Notes: generated by a model from the sequence alone, not told the origin. A DNA stretch of 64,000 nt from Thalia democratica (GCA_965202585.1 OZ241833.1:22258001-22322000); one strand, 5' to 3'. Shown: positions 12,901 to 25,700, counted from the first letter of the stretch. Numbers and translations: made by a program.

Positions 12901-15900
12901 CTTTGCAATCAGATTTAAGTAAGCATGAAAATTTCCTGCAACCACATATGTAAGTTTTACAAGATAAACACGTTCACGATCACTAAAGTAGGACTTTTGA
13001 ATGTGTAATTACAGTAATGGTAAATAAACAATGATACTAGTTAAAAAAAAACAAACATTTCCTTGTTGAATATACAAAGTTAAAAACGACAAGGTTATCA
13101 TTTTTATTCAATCTTTTACCCGGTTTTATGTTAAAAAGTTTTTTTTTCAGTAAATCATTTTTTTTAATACACTTTTCTAAATAATTATTTGTAAATACCT
13201 TTACATATTTTTATTGTAATCCAAATAAATTATAAATTATGAATAATAATAAAAAGTTAACGTTTTGCGAATAACATATATATATATATAGCTATTTCTT
13301 ACTTTAACATTTTAATTAACAACTAGATAACATCTAAATACTATTAAATTTATTTCAATAATAATAAATCCTATAGAAATTCCTTGCAAATTAGAAGAAA
13401 TTTTCATATTTCCTTTGCTTTCAGTAATAACGCCTTAAAAACACCTTGACTTTGAACTTGAATGTTATGAGCTGATGTGATGCTAATTTTTAATTGTTTT
13501 TTTGTCTTATAAGACACATCACAGGTCAGGATGGTTTGTTTAAAAAAAAATATTTGTTGTTTAAAGTTAAAAAGCAATATTCATAGTTTACTGAGATTTA
13601 AGATCATACAAGTTTATTTCAAAACTCTCCTTTCCCAGCTAGTAGAAAGTTTATAATACTTGAAAATTGAGTTCGTTTGTGGTGTCTACGAATCTTTGTT
13701 TATATAACTTATTATTGTGAATTTACGGAATAACGTTTTTATGGTTAATTAATCCGATTAAAGATCAATAAAGGATGGTTTTAAATAAATTCTTAAGCTT
13801 AAATGAAAGAAACCCTTAGTCTAAATCAAAACATTATTTTTTTTTAACTAGGTGTACTATTTGAAAATTAAAAATTTACAAAATAAACTTAAGTATTTCT
13901 ATTTCACTGATTTTCTAGTCAAACTCAACTAAGTTTGTCAAAATTAAACAATTCAAAAAACTATAAGCTAGAAAGTGTTTTGCTTTATTTTAATATCAGT
14001 TTTTTTAAATTTTCGAATTTATCTCTGACTAAAACAATCATAGTATGTTTTAAAAATTGCGATTGATAGTTTTGTAACACGATAAATTTAAACTACGTCC
14101 ATTATTTCATTCTATTAGCCTATTAAAAACAATTTAACAGAAAAAAAAACAACATAATAAGTGTTATTAGTTCTATTCTATGTATATGAATTGTAGACAA
14201 CTATTAATATAGTTAAGAAAAACTTTCTAAAAATAATGTTTTTCAATATCACTTTATAGTGTATTTCAATGAATACTCACTCTATAAAGTTTATTTGAGA
14301 ATTCAATTGCAATTTTACAACTACAACTCATCGTAATGTTTTATATACTAATTAATATCTAAGTAAACAGTATAAGGTAAAGTATAAGTACTTCTAGTAT
14401 ATAAACAGTACAAAATGTCAGTTTTGATTTTTTTATTTTTATTATCAATATCAACATTGATAAATGCTGTTTATATTTCTTATGAAAATAACTTTCAATA
14501 AAAGACACTTATATGTATGGAATGATTATTTTAGTAGTTTATTTAATACTATTTAAGTAAACTGCCCTCTTTAACTAGTTTTTAAATGTCTGTTGTAGAA
14601 CTGAGGTATGAGTTTGTTGTTTATGTTTTTAACAAATAAGTTTTTTATAAACTAAAGAAGCGATGGTAAAAATATTTATTTATAATGAAATATTTTTTAA
14701 GATAAATGCTTTCAAACAATATTTAAATTTATTGTGTATTTATTAAAAAGCTCAAGTTAAAGCCTAATTTGTGTTTATTTGTTATAAATATAGTCTACTT
14801 TAACTAATAGCAATTTTTGCCGTAAATGACTAAATTAATTGAAACAATATTGCAAGTTTACTGTGCAAAAACAAACTAGATTAAAAAACATTCATTAAAT
14901 CCAACTTTATCAAATTAGTATATTTCAGCTCAAAAAACTTGTAATCCTTTGACCTTTTGGAACGATCTGTAAAAACTTCTTACATTTTTTTACAACTCTA
15001 TATATACAGTCGTTCTCAACATCACTTCCAAAAAGAAAAATTCTAAGCAGCCTTAGCATTAAGACGTCAACAACTTTAAAAAAATGTAAACTCAAGACGG
15101 CACGGTGTGGTCTAACGATGCTAAGTTTCAAATTTCAACTATTACGTCACTAACCATGTTGCTCAAGTCGGGCGTCGTAATCCGCTCCCACAGCGCTCTC
15201 CTCGTCTCAAAGTCCAGGTTCGGGTCAGTCAACCGCTCCATGGTGGCGTAGGGATCGTACACGCCGGTGACGCTGACGATGACCGCGTCCTTCACCAGCA
15301 GCATCGCGGCGCGCAGGAAGAAGGAGGCGAACAGGTGCAGGTGGATCCTGTTCCTGGTGCAGTGCAGCCTCCTGAAAACGATGAGTTAACTTTGATAAGG
15401 ATTTCCTCAAGTATCGCATTTACTAGCACTTGTTGTTGTTATTTTCTTTTTAAAAAGTTGCGTGTAACAATCGTACTTGATACAACCTCACTGCTGATAA
15501 GGAATTAAGTAGTTAAAACAATAGAAAATATTCTAATCGTTTGTTTAACTGTATTAAAGTCGTGGCAGTTTTAGTCGCACTTGTTTTTTATTTCAATTAA
15601 TTAAAGTGAAGAGAACAGGACAAGCTAGTTGTGCGAAAATTTGAAGTTTTTTTTAGTTTTATTTTTTATCAATTTTAAAGTAAAAAATTTCAACTGCTCG
15701 TTTCTGACCTGTAGTACACGAAGACGAACATTGCGGCGAACAGGAACACGGCTGAGGTCGAGTAGCCGGTCGTCAGCAGCAGCTTCATTTTGTTGCCCGA
15801 CGCTTTAGGTGCGTCGTCGTCCTGTGGGAAGTGTTTGAAAATAACGTGATATTTTTAATTTTAAAAAATAAATAATTCACAACTAACAATCAAATGCGAG

Positions 15901-18900
15901 TATGTGTTTTAGTGCTGCTGTTGAGCACTAGCTGATTAAAATGTACGTTTGGACATTTTATTCAATACATCCAGTCTTTGACTCAAAAGCTTGTTCAAAG
16001 ACAGAATAGCATTTTACCATAATTATAAAGGAAAGTTTACCTCTGCTAAAGATAACATCTTGCTGAAGTTCAAGCACGTGTTGAAGTCCACGTGAACGCT
16101 TGTTCCATTGGCGTCCATTTTCCACGTCCCGTCATCGAGACACTCACGTGTAGCCAAATTAATCCCTTTAAAATTAATACATATGTGATGCAAATATAAA
16201 TGCAATAAAATAGTACTTTATTTTTCATTTTCATTGTTTTTTTATTGATACTTTACTTTTGTGTAAGTCTATGCAACAAAAGCTCTTGTCTTTTGAAAAT
16301 TTTTTTAAAAAGTTTTTTGGGCTTTGTATTTCTAGTCTAAGTTTAAGAATTAAGTTTCTTATAAATAAAATTCTGTTTTATTAACTTATTTGGTTTACTT
16401 TATACTGAAAACTAGATTACATGCAATATCTAGTATACAATCCTTATAGTTGTTAATTAACATACTTTAAAATAAATTAGATATAAAAAAGTTTTCAGCT
16501 TACTTAGTACTAAATTTTAATCTAAAAAAAAACGTTAAATTTGTGCAAATAGGTCGCGTGAAGTTGATGGTCGTGCGGTTCAGTGTATTGTAGAACTGAA
16601 ACTTAAGTAAAATTTCAACCGTTATCAAACACTGTGAAAATGTAAAACTAACTTCTGTTTGGAAAGTTCGGGCACTGAGTATAAACTTTCTTGCCGGCAA
16701 GAGTGGGAGGCCAACACGTTTCCGTCACATCGAATTCCCAAGGACAATGCAACTGGCCTGTAGAAACAGTATTTACACCTTGAGATAGTTTTAAACGAAA
16801 ATTAAGGTCAGGAAACGCTGAAAGCTATAATCGATTGTACGGCGTATTAAGTTTAGATTAGTAGTATTGAAACACGATGAACAGCGAAGTAAGTTTGAAG
16901 CGTAAAATAATTATTGAAATTATTTACCGTGTAGCGTTCAAATACTAATAATGATGCATCTATACGAAATTAGTTGAAACCAGGTTGATATGAAAAAGAC
17001 TTAAACAAACAGTTGTTTTAAGGATTAACAGCTAGTTTTTGCTAGGGATTATCATGAAAAATTTTCTCCATAACTTTATTCAGAAGAATAAAATTATTTT
17101 TTAATAAGTAATAAATTGCTTTTCAGGTCGTTTGATAAACAAGTATGCAATTATTTCAGCATTATAAAAAAGCTAGTCTATAACTTATAGATCTGACTTG
17201 GTTTTTTACTAGTTAACATTTAACTAAAAAGATAAACCTTCAACATCATAAACGTTGTAAACAAAGAAAAAATACAAGTTTTTAGACGCGTTGTACAAAA
17301 AGGCATCCTTTTAAAAATTCAATTCAAATCGCTTTTGTAAGTAATTTACTTTAAAACAAAACAAGAAAGTGCACAAGCAACATCTACGTCGCCAAAGCAC
17401 CTCCGCCTAAGTGCTTTCGCTGAAATTTAAAATCAGCAAAAGGGCAGCTTTTCACCATTATCTCTGGTTGTGCAGGAGAGAGCCCTCATGCACAGTGGCC
17501 GAGACGAATTGTGCGCAGCGGGTTTGTTTTATCAGTGATCAGATGACAGGCAAGTTCACGCAATCGATGCGAACGCTGATTTGCGCCTCACCTGCCCAAA
17601 TGTTTGCAAGTTTGTTCTTTCACCGAGTTCGAAGGTCGACGCGTTTGAGTTTTGAAGGAGTGCTTTGGAAGTTTGAAAGGTTGCTCGTTTGCAATTTTAG
17701 AATTTAAAAAGGTGTAATTAATCTATTTATAGGGGTTTTATATTTGCTTTTTGTACCCTAAGTATATGTGTGTTTTTTATATAAAACTTTGTTTTACTGT
17801 TTTATCTACATAAAAAACTGGCAATTTTTTTTAAATTGTGGTTAAATTATTAAACTAAAAATATAAAGTATGTTTTCCAGCTTTAGCTTGCAGCACATTA
17901 TTCACAGTTCAATGAAACCCGCTCCGGTATTCCAGTAAAAAAAAAGTTATAAATACTCGTTTCAAACCATGCAAAGGCAGGACGCGTATCGGCACACAAA
18001 TCAAAAGAGGCTCAGTGATTTTCGGCTGGCTGTAAAAACAGTGCAGATACTTGACCGCTCACATGCGCCTATGTATAAACACTGTCAACTTTGCAAGCTC
18101 ACTTGACAGCCAAGTGAATTGTAAACTTGCTTGATCAAACACAAACCACTACTTTCTCTTAATTAAACTTTAATGAACGCCTGTTGTTTTTTATGCCTGA
18201 CACAGCTAAGTTTTAATTGAAAAATGTTAGAAATGATTTTTTTTTCTTTTTGATTATCTTTATTTTGATTGTCTTGTGTTGTAAAAAAAATTGTTTCAAA
18301 AGAAAATATATATTTTGCTATTTATCATTATCATTAATGACAGATTGAATTAAATACTACTTTCATTTTAAAGCTACAACTTCCCACAAAAACTTAACAT
18401 ATTTTTTAGCTTGATCTATTTGCAGTCGTCTTTATACCAAATTCTACGTAATTACAAAACGATGAATTATTTTTAATCGTTTTTTTTAATCAGCTTAGCT
18501 TTTATTATTATCTTACGAAGCAGTTTTAAAATAAGCGAAATTCTTGTAAAAGGAACAATTGTTAAGTTTTAAACTAATAATAAATAATGTTGTTGTTCAG
18601 AAATAAATAATGTTTAAAATAAAAAACACCACTCTTAAGTACTTGTTGATAATGCTTAAAACTAGTCGAAATAACAATTTTCAGCAGAACAAAATCTTTA
18701 TGAAGTCATTACATCAACATATCGAGCAATAAGTTTGTGGTAAGTAGGCAACTCTACATAAAACACGGTAACTACCTATCATACCTAAAAAAGAGCAATT
18801 CTCCTTAAATTTCAAGCATAAACTTAATAGAAATGACTTAACTTAATAGTTTGATCAAAGTGTTATTAATTATAACTAAGATCTTTTGACTTTTGCTTGA

Positions 18901-20768
18901 AGTAATGAATCAATAAATTATTTACAACTCATTTTAGCATTTTTTTTCAAAAACTGAGTGATTGAAAATACCTTTCAGTTTTTCGCTCATAGCTTCCATG
19001 GTTTCATTGCATTTTCTTCTACTTTCTTCGGCTGCTTTCCTAAAATTAGGAAAACGTTGTTCCAGAAGACCATGAGTTTTCCTTAGATTTTCCTCAACAG
19101 ACATTTTGTTTGTTACTTATTAAAGATTATTGTTATCATAAGTACTGTCAAAAATAACACTTTTGTTAACTTCTATCTGATCTAAAACAAGTATTAAATT
19201 ACTAAAAGTTTTTAAATACTATAGCAGTCATAAAGTACACTGGCAATAAAGATTTTTAAAACAACCTTTTTAATCTATACTGTTTAAAACAGTTTTTTTC
19301 AAATTAAAAAATATTCTTTATGGTATTTTCTTCTTGCAAATGTAAAAGTATTAGTTAAAATAGTAATGAAAAGTAAATTAAGTTTACGTTCCAACCGTGT
19401 TATTTTAGATTGAAAGAGAATACACTGCTACAAGCTTATAACTGATTTAATAGCTAAAACAACATAAAAACATTGAGTTTTTATTTAAACAGCTTTTACA
19501 AAATATTTTTGTCAAAAACTACGTTAATTCAAGTTTACTACTACCTAGTTTATGAAGGTAGTGTTTTAGTACACACTGAAATTAGACAAAAAACTTATGA
19601 TTTTATAAATAATTGATAAGAAACTTCATAGCTTAGTTAGTTACGTGAAGAAAAATTTGTATCTTATTAGAAATTATAAAATACTTGTGGTTGTCCGAAA
19701 GACTTAATAAAATATTCATCATGAATAATGCCTGAAAAACATATGGTACAAGAAAAACATCTCATTTGACATACAAATATATATTAGCTGGTTTAAAACA
19801 CTCTATAGTATTTTTGTCGCATAAGCCTTGTTGAAAAAAACAAATTAAAAAGTAATTTTAGTACTTTGTTTTACAATTTCCGCAACCTTTTAGACAACAA
19901 AAAAACAGTTAGTTTATAAAAGTTTTATCCAAAACTTTTATTTACTGTTATTAAGTACTAACAACTTTTGATCCATCGTTTTTCTAGTTATATACTTTTA
20001 ATAGTTGAACTTTATACTAATGCAAAGTTCAATCCACGTCAGTGTTGTAAATAACTAATAAAACATATATTAATACGATATAGCGAAAGTACTATACTGT
20101 ATGGTTTTGACAGATAAAAAAGGTTAACACTGTGGTTATTAATAAAGTTCAAAGTAGAAAAAAAAGTATTACTGAATGTATTTTAATGCCATTGACTATA
20201 ATCACGGTAAAATAACACAAAAGTAGTTTTTAAATAAAATTTAATTAGTCAATATTATCAATTTACAAAACTTTTAACTAAAATTATGATTTATTATATT
20301 AATGATTGTTTATGTTTTTATTTAATTAAAATTGTTAACATTTATTTGAAATTTACATAGATAATGTTTTAAGCTATCTACAAACAAATATATCTCAAAA
20401 ATTTTAATTAGAACAAACTTAATATTCTAAGTTTTTAAAAAAAAGGTATTCTTTAGTACAAAAAAAAACCACACCGCTTTTAAAAGTGTTTATCTAATAG
20501 ATCAGAGAATCGAACTCCAACTTTTAAAAATTAATTAAAAAAAAATCTGTGATTAAAAACTTACAACATCTAATTGAACCAACTGTAACTGTTTAATCAC
20601 CGACATTGCTATCAAACAAAAAACAAACAAAGAAAATTGTTTTTTGCACCTCACTACAGGCGAAAAGAAAATAAAACTTTATTGTTTTAAATCTGCATTC
20701 AATGTAAAATCGATTGCACTTACAAGAAAGTTCGCAGGAGCCTTGTGTAGCGCCTCAAACTTAATGCC
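6804..20768 (-). CDS. Multi-exon class B1 (secretin family) GPCR, parathyroid hormone receptor-like (gene span; ~550 aa plus unresolved signal peptide)
   Basis: 15 exons with GT-AG boundaries join in frame (1654 nt). Six ECD cysteines, CPWEFD..TCWPP..G..V...CP hormone-binding motif, [68 protein letters not shown]3-ICL2 ([28 protein letters not shown]) closely resembles vertebrate PTH receptors as I recall them; orthology not tested. Confidence 0.93.
7838..7927 (-). CDS. GPCR C-tail exon ([30 protein letters not shown])
   Basis: GC-richer island, tttccgttttag acceptor, gtttgt donor, phase 0/0, open frame; no family motif. Confidence 0.65.
8156..8287 (-). CDS. GPCR helix 8 / proximal C-tail exon ([44 protein letters not shown])
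   Basis: V-x-x-E-x-K-x-x-W helix 8 motif; tttcacag acceptor; donor gtgtgt is weak. Confidence 0.88.
9541..9582 (-). CDS. GPCR 42-nt TM7 exon ([14 protein letters not shown])
   Basis: Short phase-0/0 exon typical of class B1 receptors; gttaacag acceptor, gtatgt donor. Confidence 0.97.
9923..10061 (-). CDS. GPCR TM6-ECL3-TM7 exon ([20 protein letters not shown]...[10 protein letters not shown])
   Basis: LAxSTLxLIPxFG motif; 139 nt. Confidence 0.97.
10198..10295 (-). CDS. GPCR TM5-ICL3 exon ([32 protein letters not shown])
   Basis: NFxxFxNIVRVLxxKLR motif; 98 nt. Confidence 0.96.
11655..11730 (-). CDS. GPCR ECL2-TM5 exon ([25 protein letters not shown])
   Basis: Conserved ECL2 CW and W-x3-GP; gtaagt donor. 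Confidence 0.93.
11803..11860 (-). CDS. GPCR TM4 exon ([18 protein letters not shown])
   Basis: Completes GWGLP; atacag acceptor, gtatgt donor; 58 nt. Confidence 0.9.
12322..12475 (-). CDS. GPCR TM3-ICL2 exon ([52 protein letters not shown])
   Basis: Class B [13 protein letters not shown] signature; 154 nt. Confidence 0.97.
15155..15371 (-). CDS. GPCR ICL1-TM2-ECL1 exon ([30 protein letters not shown]...PDLSNM)
   Basis: Hallmark LHCTRNxIH motif; 217 nt, phases fit neighbours. Confidence 0.97.
15709..15821 (-). CDS. GPCR TM1 exon ([38 protein letters not shown])
   Basis: GYS-x-S motif of class B TM1; cttcccacag acceptor, gtcaga donor. Confidence 0.95.
16041..16165 (-). CDS. GPCR ECD exon ([41 protein letters not shown])
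   Basis: Conserved R-x-C-x3-G-x-W and final ECD Cys; AG/GT boundaries, 125 nt. Confidence 0.95.
16653..16757 (-). CDS. GPCR ECD exon ([35 protein letters not shown])
   Basis: Hormone-receptor domain C-x3-FD-x4-CWP-x4-G-x6-CP; gtttctacag acceptor, gttagt donor. Confidence 0.95.
17592..17731 (-). promoter_or_regulatory. Candidate internal promoter and non-coding first exon in GPCR intron
   Basis: TATAAATA on minus strand at 17724-17731, ATG-free ~105-nt segment, strong donor CAG|GTGAGG at 17592, within a GC-richer island. Confidence 0.35.
18972..19039 (-). CDS. GPCR ECD exon with first conserved Cys ([22 protein letters not shown])
   Basis: Acceptor cctaattttag, donor gtattt; phase-1 end matches next exon; N-glycosylation sequon NET. 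Confidence 0.8.
20724..20768 (-). CDS. Probable 45-nt GPCR N-terminal exon ([14 protein letters not shown], phase 2/2)
   Basis: Near-consensus acceptor ttcttcttacag and donor gtaagt; in phase 2 it joins in frame to the 19039 exon giving ...[14 protein letters not shown], consistent with the class B ECD N-terminal helix. Confidence 0.6.
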
Positions 20769-22689
20769 CTGTAAGAAGAATTATGTTAATTGAAAAGTGT
20801 GCAATTTGGTTACAATCTGTTTTTTTTTTTGTAACCGACTTAAGCTGGCCGCATCTTTTGTTTGAATACAATTGCTTCTTTTATTTTTATTAGAGGATTT
20901 CATGCCTGTAAGTACGCCACAAAAAACTTTGTATCAGTTTCAATGCTTAAATAGCATAGTTTTAAAAGGTATTTGTAGGTCGTTTTTGTTTTTACGCAAG
21001 TTTTAATACTTTTTTAAAATGGTTTTAAACGTAACTTTAAATGTTCAAACATACTGTTGTGCTGTAAGTTGACAAGAAATGTTAACTATTTTGTTTTAAT
21101 TTATTGGTTTGTAAAAACAACTATTAACTGCCACTTTACTTTACCTGGTTTAATTCCTTACAAGATTTTAATCACTGGTGTACAACACTATATAGAAATT
21201 AGATTACTATGGAATTTAACTTACGCATGTAAATTACTAGAACTTTAAAGAAAACTGTACTTTAATTGTAAAACTGTGAAGAGTATAAACTTTAAATACT
21301 TATTTCATGTCATCAAATAATAGATTAAAGCTTTAAAAACTAAATATTTAACAGTCAAAAGTTGTATATTTTTTATAAAACAATACTTTGGTTTAATTTT
21401 AATAAAATAAAAGTTCTAGTTTGAGTTTATATTAGTTTTTTTTTCAATTATTTTAAAATTTCAAACTTAATAAAAGGTTTTGAATTTGACAGTTATATCA
21501 AAATATTTACTACTTGATGTTCATAAACCAAAGTGTGATCTTTAAATTAAATTCTTAAAAGCTCAAATTGTGTTTTTTTGTGCAGAACTACATATTTTCA
21601 TTATTAAAAAATCTTAAGTGTTCTTTATTACTTTATTTGATTTATTGCTAGTCAGTCGTGACTATATTTAAGTTTAGATTAGGTTTGGTGTATTAGTTTG
21701 AATATTTCATTCACGAAATGTTTAACATTATTCCTTTAACCTATAAAACTGTTTAAAAAATATTAAAACACAATTATAGTTTTAACATTATTCAAACTTA
21801 ACAAAATATTCGTAAAATAGTAAAAAATAAAAAAATAGAAAATAAAATTTAAATCTAGTATACAAATTGCTGCATTTGAAAATAAATTCTACGAAGTTAG
21901 ACTGACTAAATATCATTTTTGTTTTTTCTAAGTTAACCATTTAATAATATAATACATTAACCAGTAAATAATTAAACTAACCAATCTTTTTTTTTAAACA
22001 AGCTATAGTGAAGTAGCACAAAAGTGTCTAAAATATAAAATAACAACGACTCATGCCAGACCAACTTATATATACTAACTATCATAACGGTTACTTTACG
22101 TATTAACTGTAACTTGCCTTTATTATCAGTTATAATTCGCTCTAACTACCTTATTAAACTCCTCGAGGGAATCTAGATTTTACAAGGCAATTAGTTTTAT
22201 TTGCGGTCTAACTGACACACAACAGGTTTACCGTTGACAACTTATAATCTGAAATTTGAACATGTGGTAGGTATGAAACGAATTGCTACAACAAACTTTG
22301 CTTATTTGTATATCTTAATTTGAAAACAGTTATACAACGATAGCTTAAGTTGGGAAATTTCAAAATACTTAATGTAATTTAGAACTTAAAACTTTTATGA
22401 GGTACTTTTAGATTTCAAAATGAGAAGCACTTTGAAAATTAGAGACAGTAAAAAATAAACAGCAGTTCAATAAAATAAATTAAATAATCTCATTGTACCT
22501 AAAACACAAAAATGATTCATTTTACTTATAATTTAAAAACTGATATTTTAGCTCATCTCAAGTAGAAATGTTTAAAAATACCTACTTTTTCCTAATAATT
22601 TAGAACTTTCAAATACAATAACTAAAATAAAACACTTTAAACAAACAAACATTTTTAGGTAAAGCTTTCACACAGCTGTCTAGTCTCAC

Positions 22690-22740
22690 CAACAAAAAAC
22701 TAAACATGTTAAACCAACAACTAATGCAACTGAAACGCAT
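22690..22740 (-). CDS. Candidate signal-peptide exon of the GPCR (reading frame/start unresolved)
   Basis: Strong donor TG|GTGAGA at 22689. Hydrophobic in two frames: MRFSCISCWFNMFSFLL from ATG 22740, or CVSVALVVGLTCLVFCW, the frame that fits the downstream phase-2 exons but is preceded by TGA. Confidence 0.4.
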
Positions 22741-25700
22741 CAACCTATTGACCCAACTGAGATAAATATAGCTGTGGTACAGCACTCATACAGCGGCAAT
22801 ACGTTGTGAGTTTGAATGGCAACTTTCTTGCACGGCAGATGTTGCCTTCGATTCCGCCGTAACTTTGACATTAGCTTAAGTTCAATGCGCGAACGAAAAG
22901 CGAAAGAAAAAAGTTTAAGGGTAGGCTTTTTTATTTTTGCGTGGCGTTTTTATGTTAATCGCTATCGATAAGCACTTCAAATCAATGTCCTTTGTAAAAA
23001 CAAGCTTTAGACGTTATATACACTTTTTTTTAAAGTTTACCTCTAAAATAACTCGCTGTGTAATGTCTACTCAGCAACAATATACTTTACAACAATAATA
23101 ACACAATCATATAACTTTAAATTTTAGTTTTAAATAATTTGAAATTTATTGAAGTTTTTTAACTACAATTGCACACATTAAATTTTGTGTAATAGTTTCT
23201 CTCTTTACAAACCTAACTTTTTAAAACTGAAATTTCTCTGAATATTAGTAAGTAAACCGTGTAAATTCTATAGAAATATAAATGTGTTTTTAGAATTTGA
23301 GCAAAGTTTTAAGAAATTTTCTTAGTACAAACTTAACTACTACGTTTATGAAAAATAGTTTTATTTTTTTCTTTGAAAAAAAAAAAGAAAACATAAAACT
23401 ATTTAACTGTAAATTTTAGCTTTAGCTTACTTCAACTAAATCAGCAAACTGTTTATGTTTTAAAATTGACCTGAGATTTCTATTTCTTAAATCAAGGTAG
23501 TATGAGAATTCAAACAAAATCATGTTTGATATTGCATCCTAATTTTTACATTAAGCAATCGATTGTCTGTCCAAATGTAGCACTAATTCTCTAAATCCAA
23601 GCGGAAATCTTATGTTTGTGTATGTCAAGTAGTAGTACAAGTTAATTGAATTCAGATTTCAATTAGAAAAAGTTGTTTTTGTTAGACGTTTTAGACCTCT
23701 GTGTAACTTAGTTTAACTAACTATGCACTGTCTACAGTGTTTATTACATAAATATAATCCACCTACTTTTCCTTTTGGTTACTAAAATTTCGATAAACTC
23801 AAAATTAAGTGCACGTTTCCATATTAACAAAAGTACACTAATCTTTACAACACATGACGGCTTATAACAACATTGAACAACCTTGATTGATCAGCTTCTT
23901 TTCAGCGCAAGACAGTTTCAAAAGGCTAGTCAACGTTGAACGTTAGCAGAACAAGAAGCAAAGGCCGAGAAATCAAATCAAGAAATACGTCCTTTGTTGC
24001 AAGCTGAGCGATTAATTAAGCAACAGCAGTGTTGTGTCTCCGCTCAATACGCTCTTTTGTGCAATATCGATCAGACTCGGCGAAAACATATGCTTTTCCG
24101 AGCGATCGGTTTTTTTTAACATTCTACTTTCTGAGACACAGCAGCGTCTTCAATACTGCCAACCAAAGGTCGGTGTTTAAAAGTACTAAACGTTTTTTTT
24201 CTTTTTTACTTTTTTATAAAGTAACGAGTTTATAGCAAAAATAAATTGTAAGGTGGTTTACCTTTTTTTGGACTTTATTGGAAAATTGATCATCTCAAAG
24301 AGCACATACGCAAATTAGTCAAGATATATTTGGAGTATACCTTAGTCGTTTTAGCCGGATGTTGAAATTTTAAAAAGATCATTCATTTAAAACCAAAATA
24401 ATAAACTCCTAATGTTTTAGGTTAAAATTTAAATTTGTTGTTTACGGGTTATACTTGGTCAACCCTTTTACGGTTGTTTTTAACTTTGAAGTATTAAATT
24501 AAAATTTATTGATTATGGTTTACAAGTATGAAATTATTAATAAGCCATATACAATTAATTATTTTGTTGTTTAGTAAAATTGTTTTTATTCTGCTTTATG
24601 AGTTTTCGAGAAAAACAAATTTTATTTTTGTTTAGTTGTTTAAACTGCACTTTGAAATATTCAAGTAAAGTAATAAACATGTCGAAATAAAAAAATCAGG
24701 TATAACAAGTTAGGAAAAAAACTATGCAAAATATTTTTGTATGATTACCGTTCCTCAAAAAAATCTTTAGTAAACTATTTCAAAGTACTACACAAGTAAT
24801 CGAGTAAAGTAAGTCTGTGCTTGATTATAATATGCTAGTAAGTTAACAGTTCAAATTAAGATTTACGTAGTTCAAATCAAAGAAAACGTTATTTAAGTTT
24901 AAAGGGCTTTAAAAAAGCATTAGATTATAACCATGTGTTCTTTTCTAGTTTAAAAGCATTCTATAAGTTTTAATATTTTACTATAAATAAAACAAACATA
25001 ATTGAATAAGAAGATTCTTATAATAAAAAATCAGGTTGCGGTCTAGATAAAGATACATGTAAAATATTTCTTTATTTCTAAGTGTTAGCTATTTAAAACA
25101 AAATCAAAAAACTAAGCTCAGTATATACAGATAAAAATTCTAAAAGCTGTTTAACTCAGTAGGTAAAATTCAAACTCAGTTACGTACTTTTTTACAAGTT
25201 TTTAATTATTTAACGAAAACTGTGTTTTAAATTTTGCCTATCCTAGCCTCCAGTAATCAATAAAAATGAGACGTTTGTATAAAAAATTGATAAGTCAGAA
25301 GCAATTTATACATACAAGTTTTAGTTAAAAGCATTAAACTTTAAAGTACTTTCGTTTCACTAAGGCAAAAAATTTTATTTAAACAGTCTATACTTTTAAA
25401 CTTAAATCGACTAAAAACAATTTTTCACCAGTTTTTAAAAAAACTTTAAATAGATTAGGAAAGTTATACAACTCAACACAAACTAAGCTTTCAAAAAACT
25501 CTGAACGTCTGTTGCACCAGCTACCACATGCGAGCAAACCGCAAGGCTTTCATCGTCGGTTTACAACCTTCATAACTTTAAAATATTGATTTAACCCTCG
25601 CGTCAATCACTAGTAATAAACAACACAAGGTTATAGAATACCTTTTCTAATAAAAACTTCTTCCAGCAAGCACATACATGCATCTACTCGGGAGCGCGAC

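Noticed and set aside
15225-15419. 64-aa ORF over the TM2 exon
   Set aside because: Alternative frame of a real GPCR exon.
17411-17707. 98-aa plus-strand ORF in GPCR intron
   Set aside because: GTG start, no domain similarity; better explained as a regulatory island.
18972-19104. ATG at 19104 as GPCR start ([12 protein letters not shown]...)
   Set aside because: In frame but lacks a signal peptide, and a strong acceptor lies at 19040; kept only as a minor alternative.
22740-22742. Selenocysteine recoding of the TGA
   Set aside because: No SECIS could be identified and GPCR signal peptides are not known selenoprotein sites; splicing or allele explanations are simpler.
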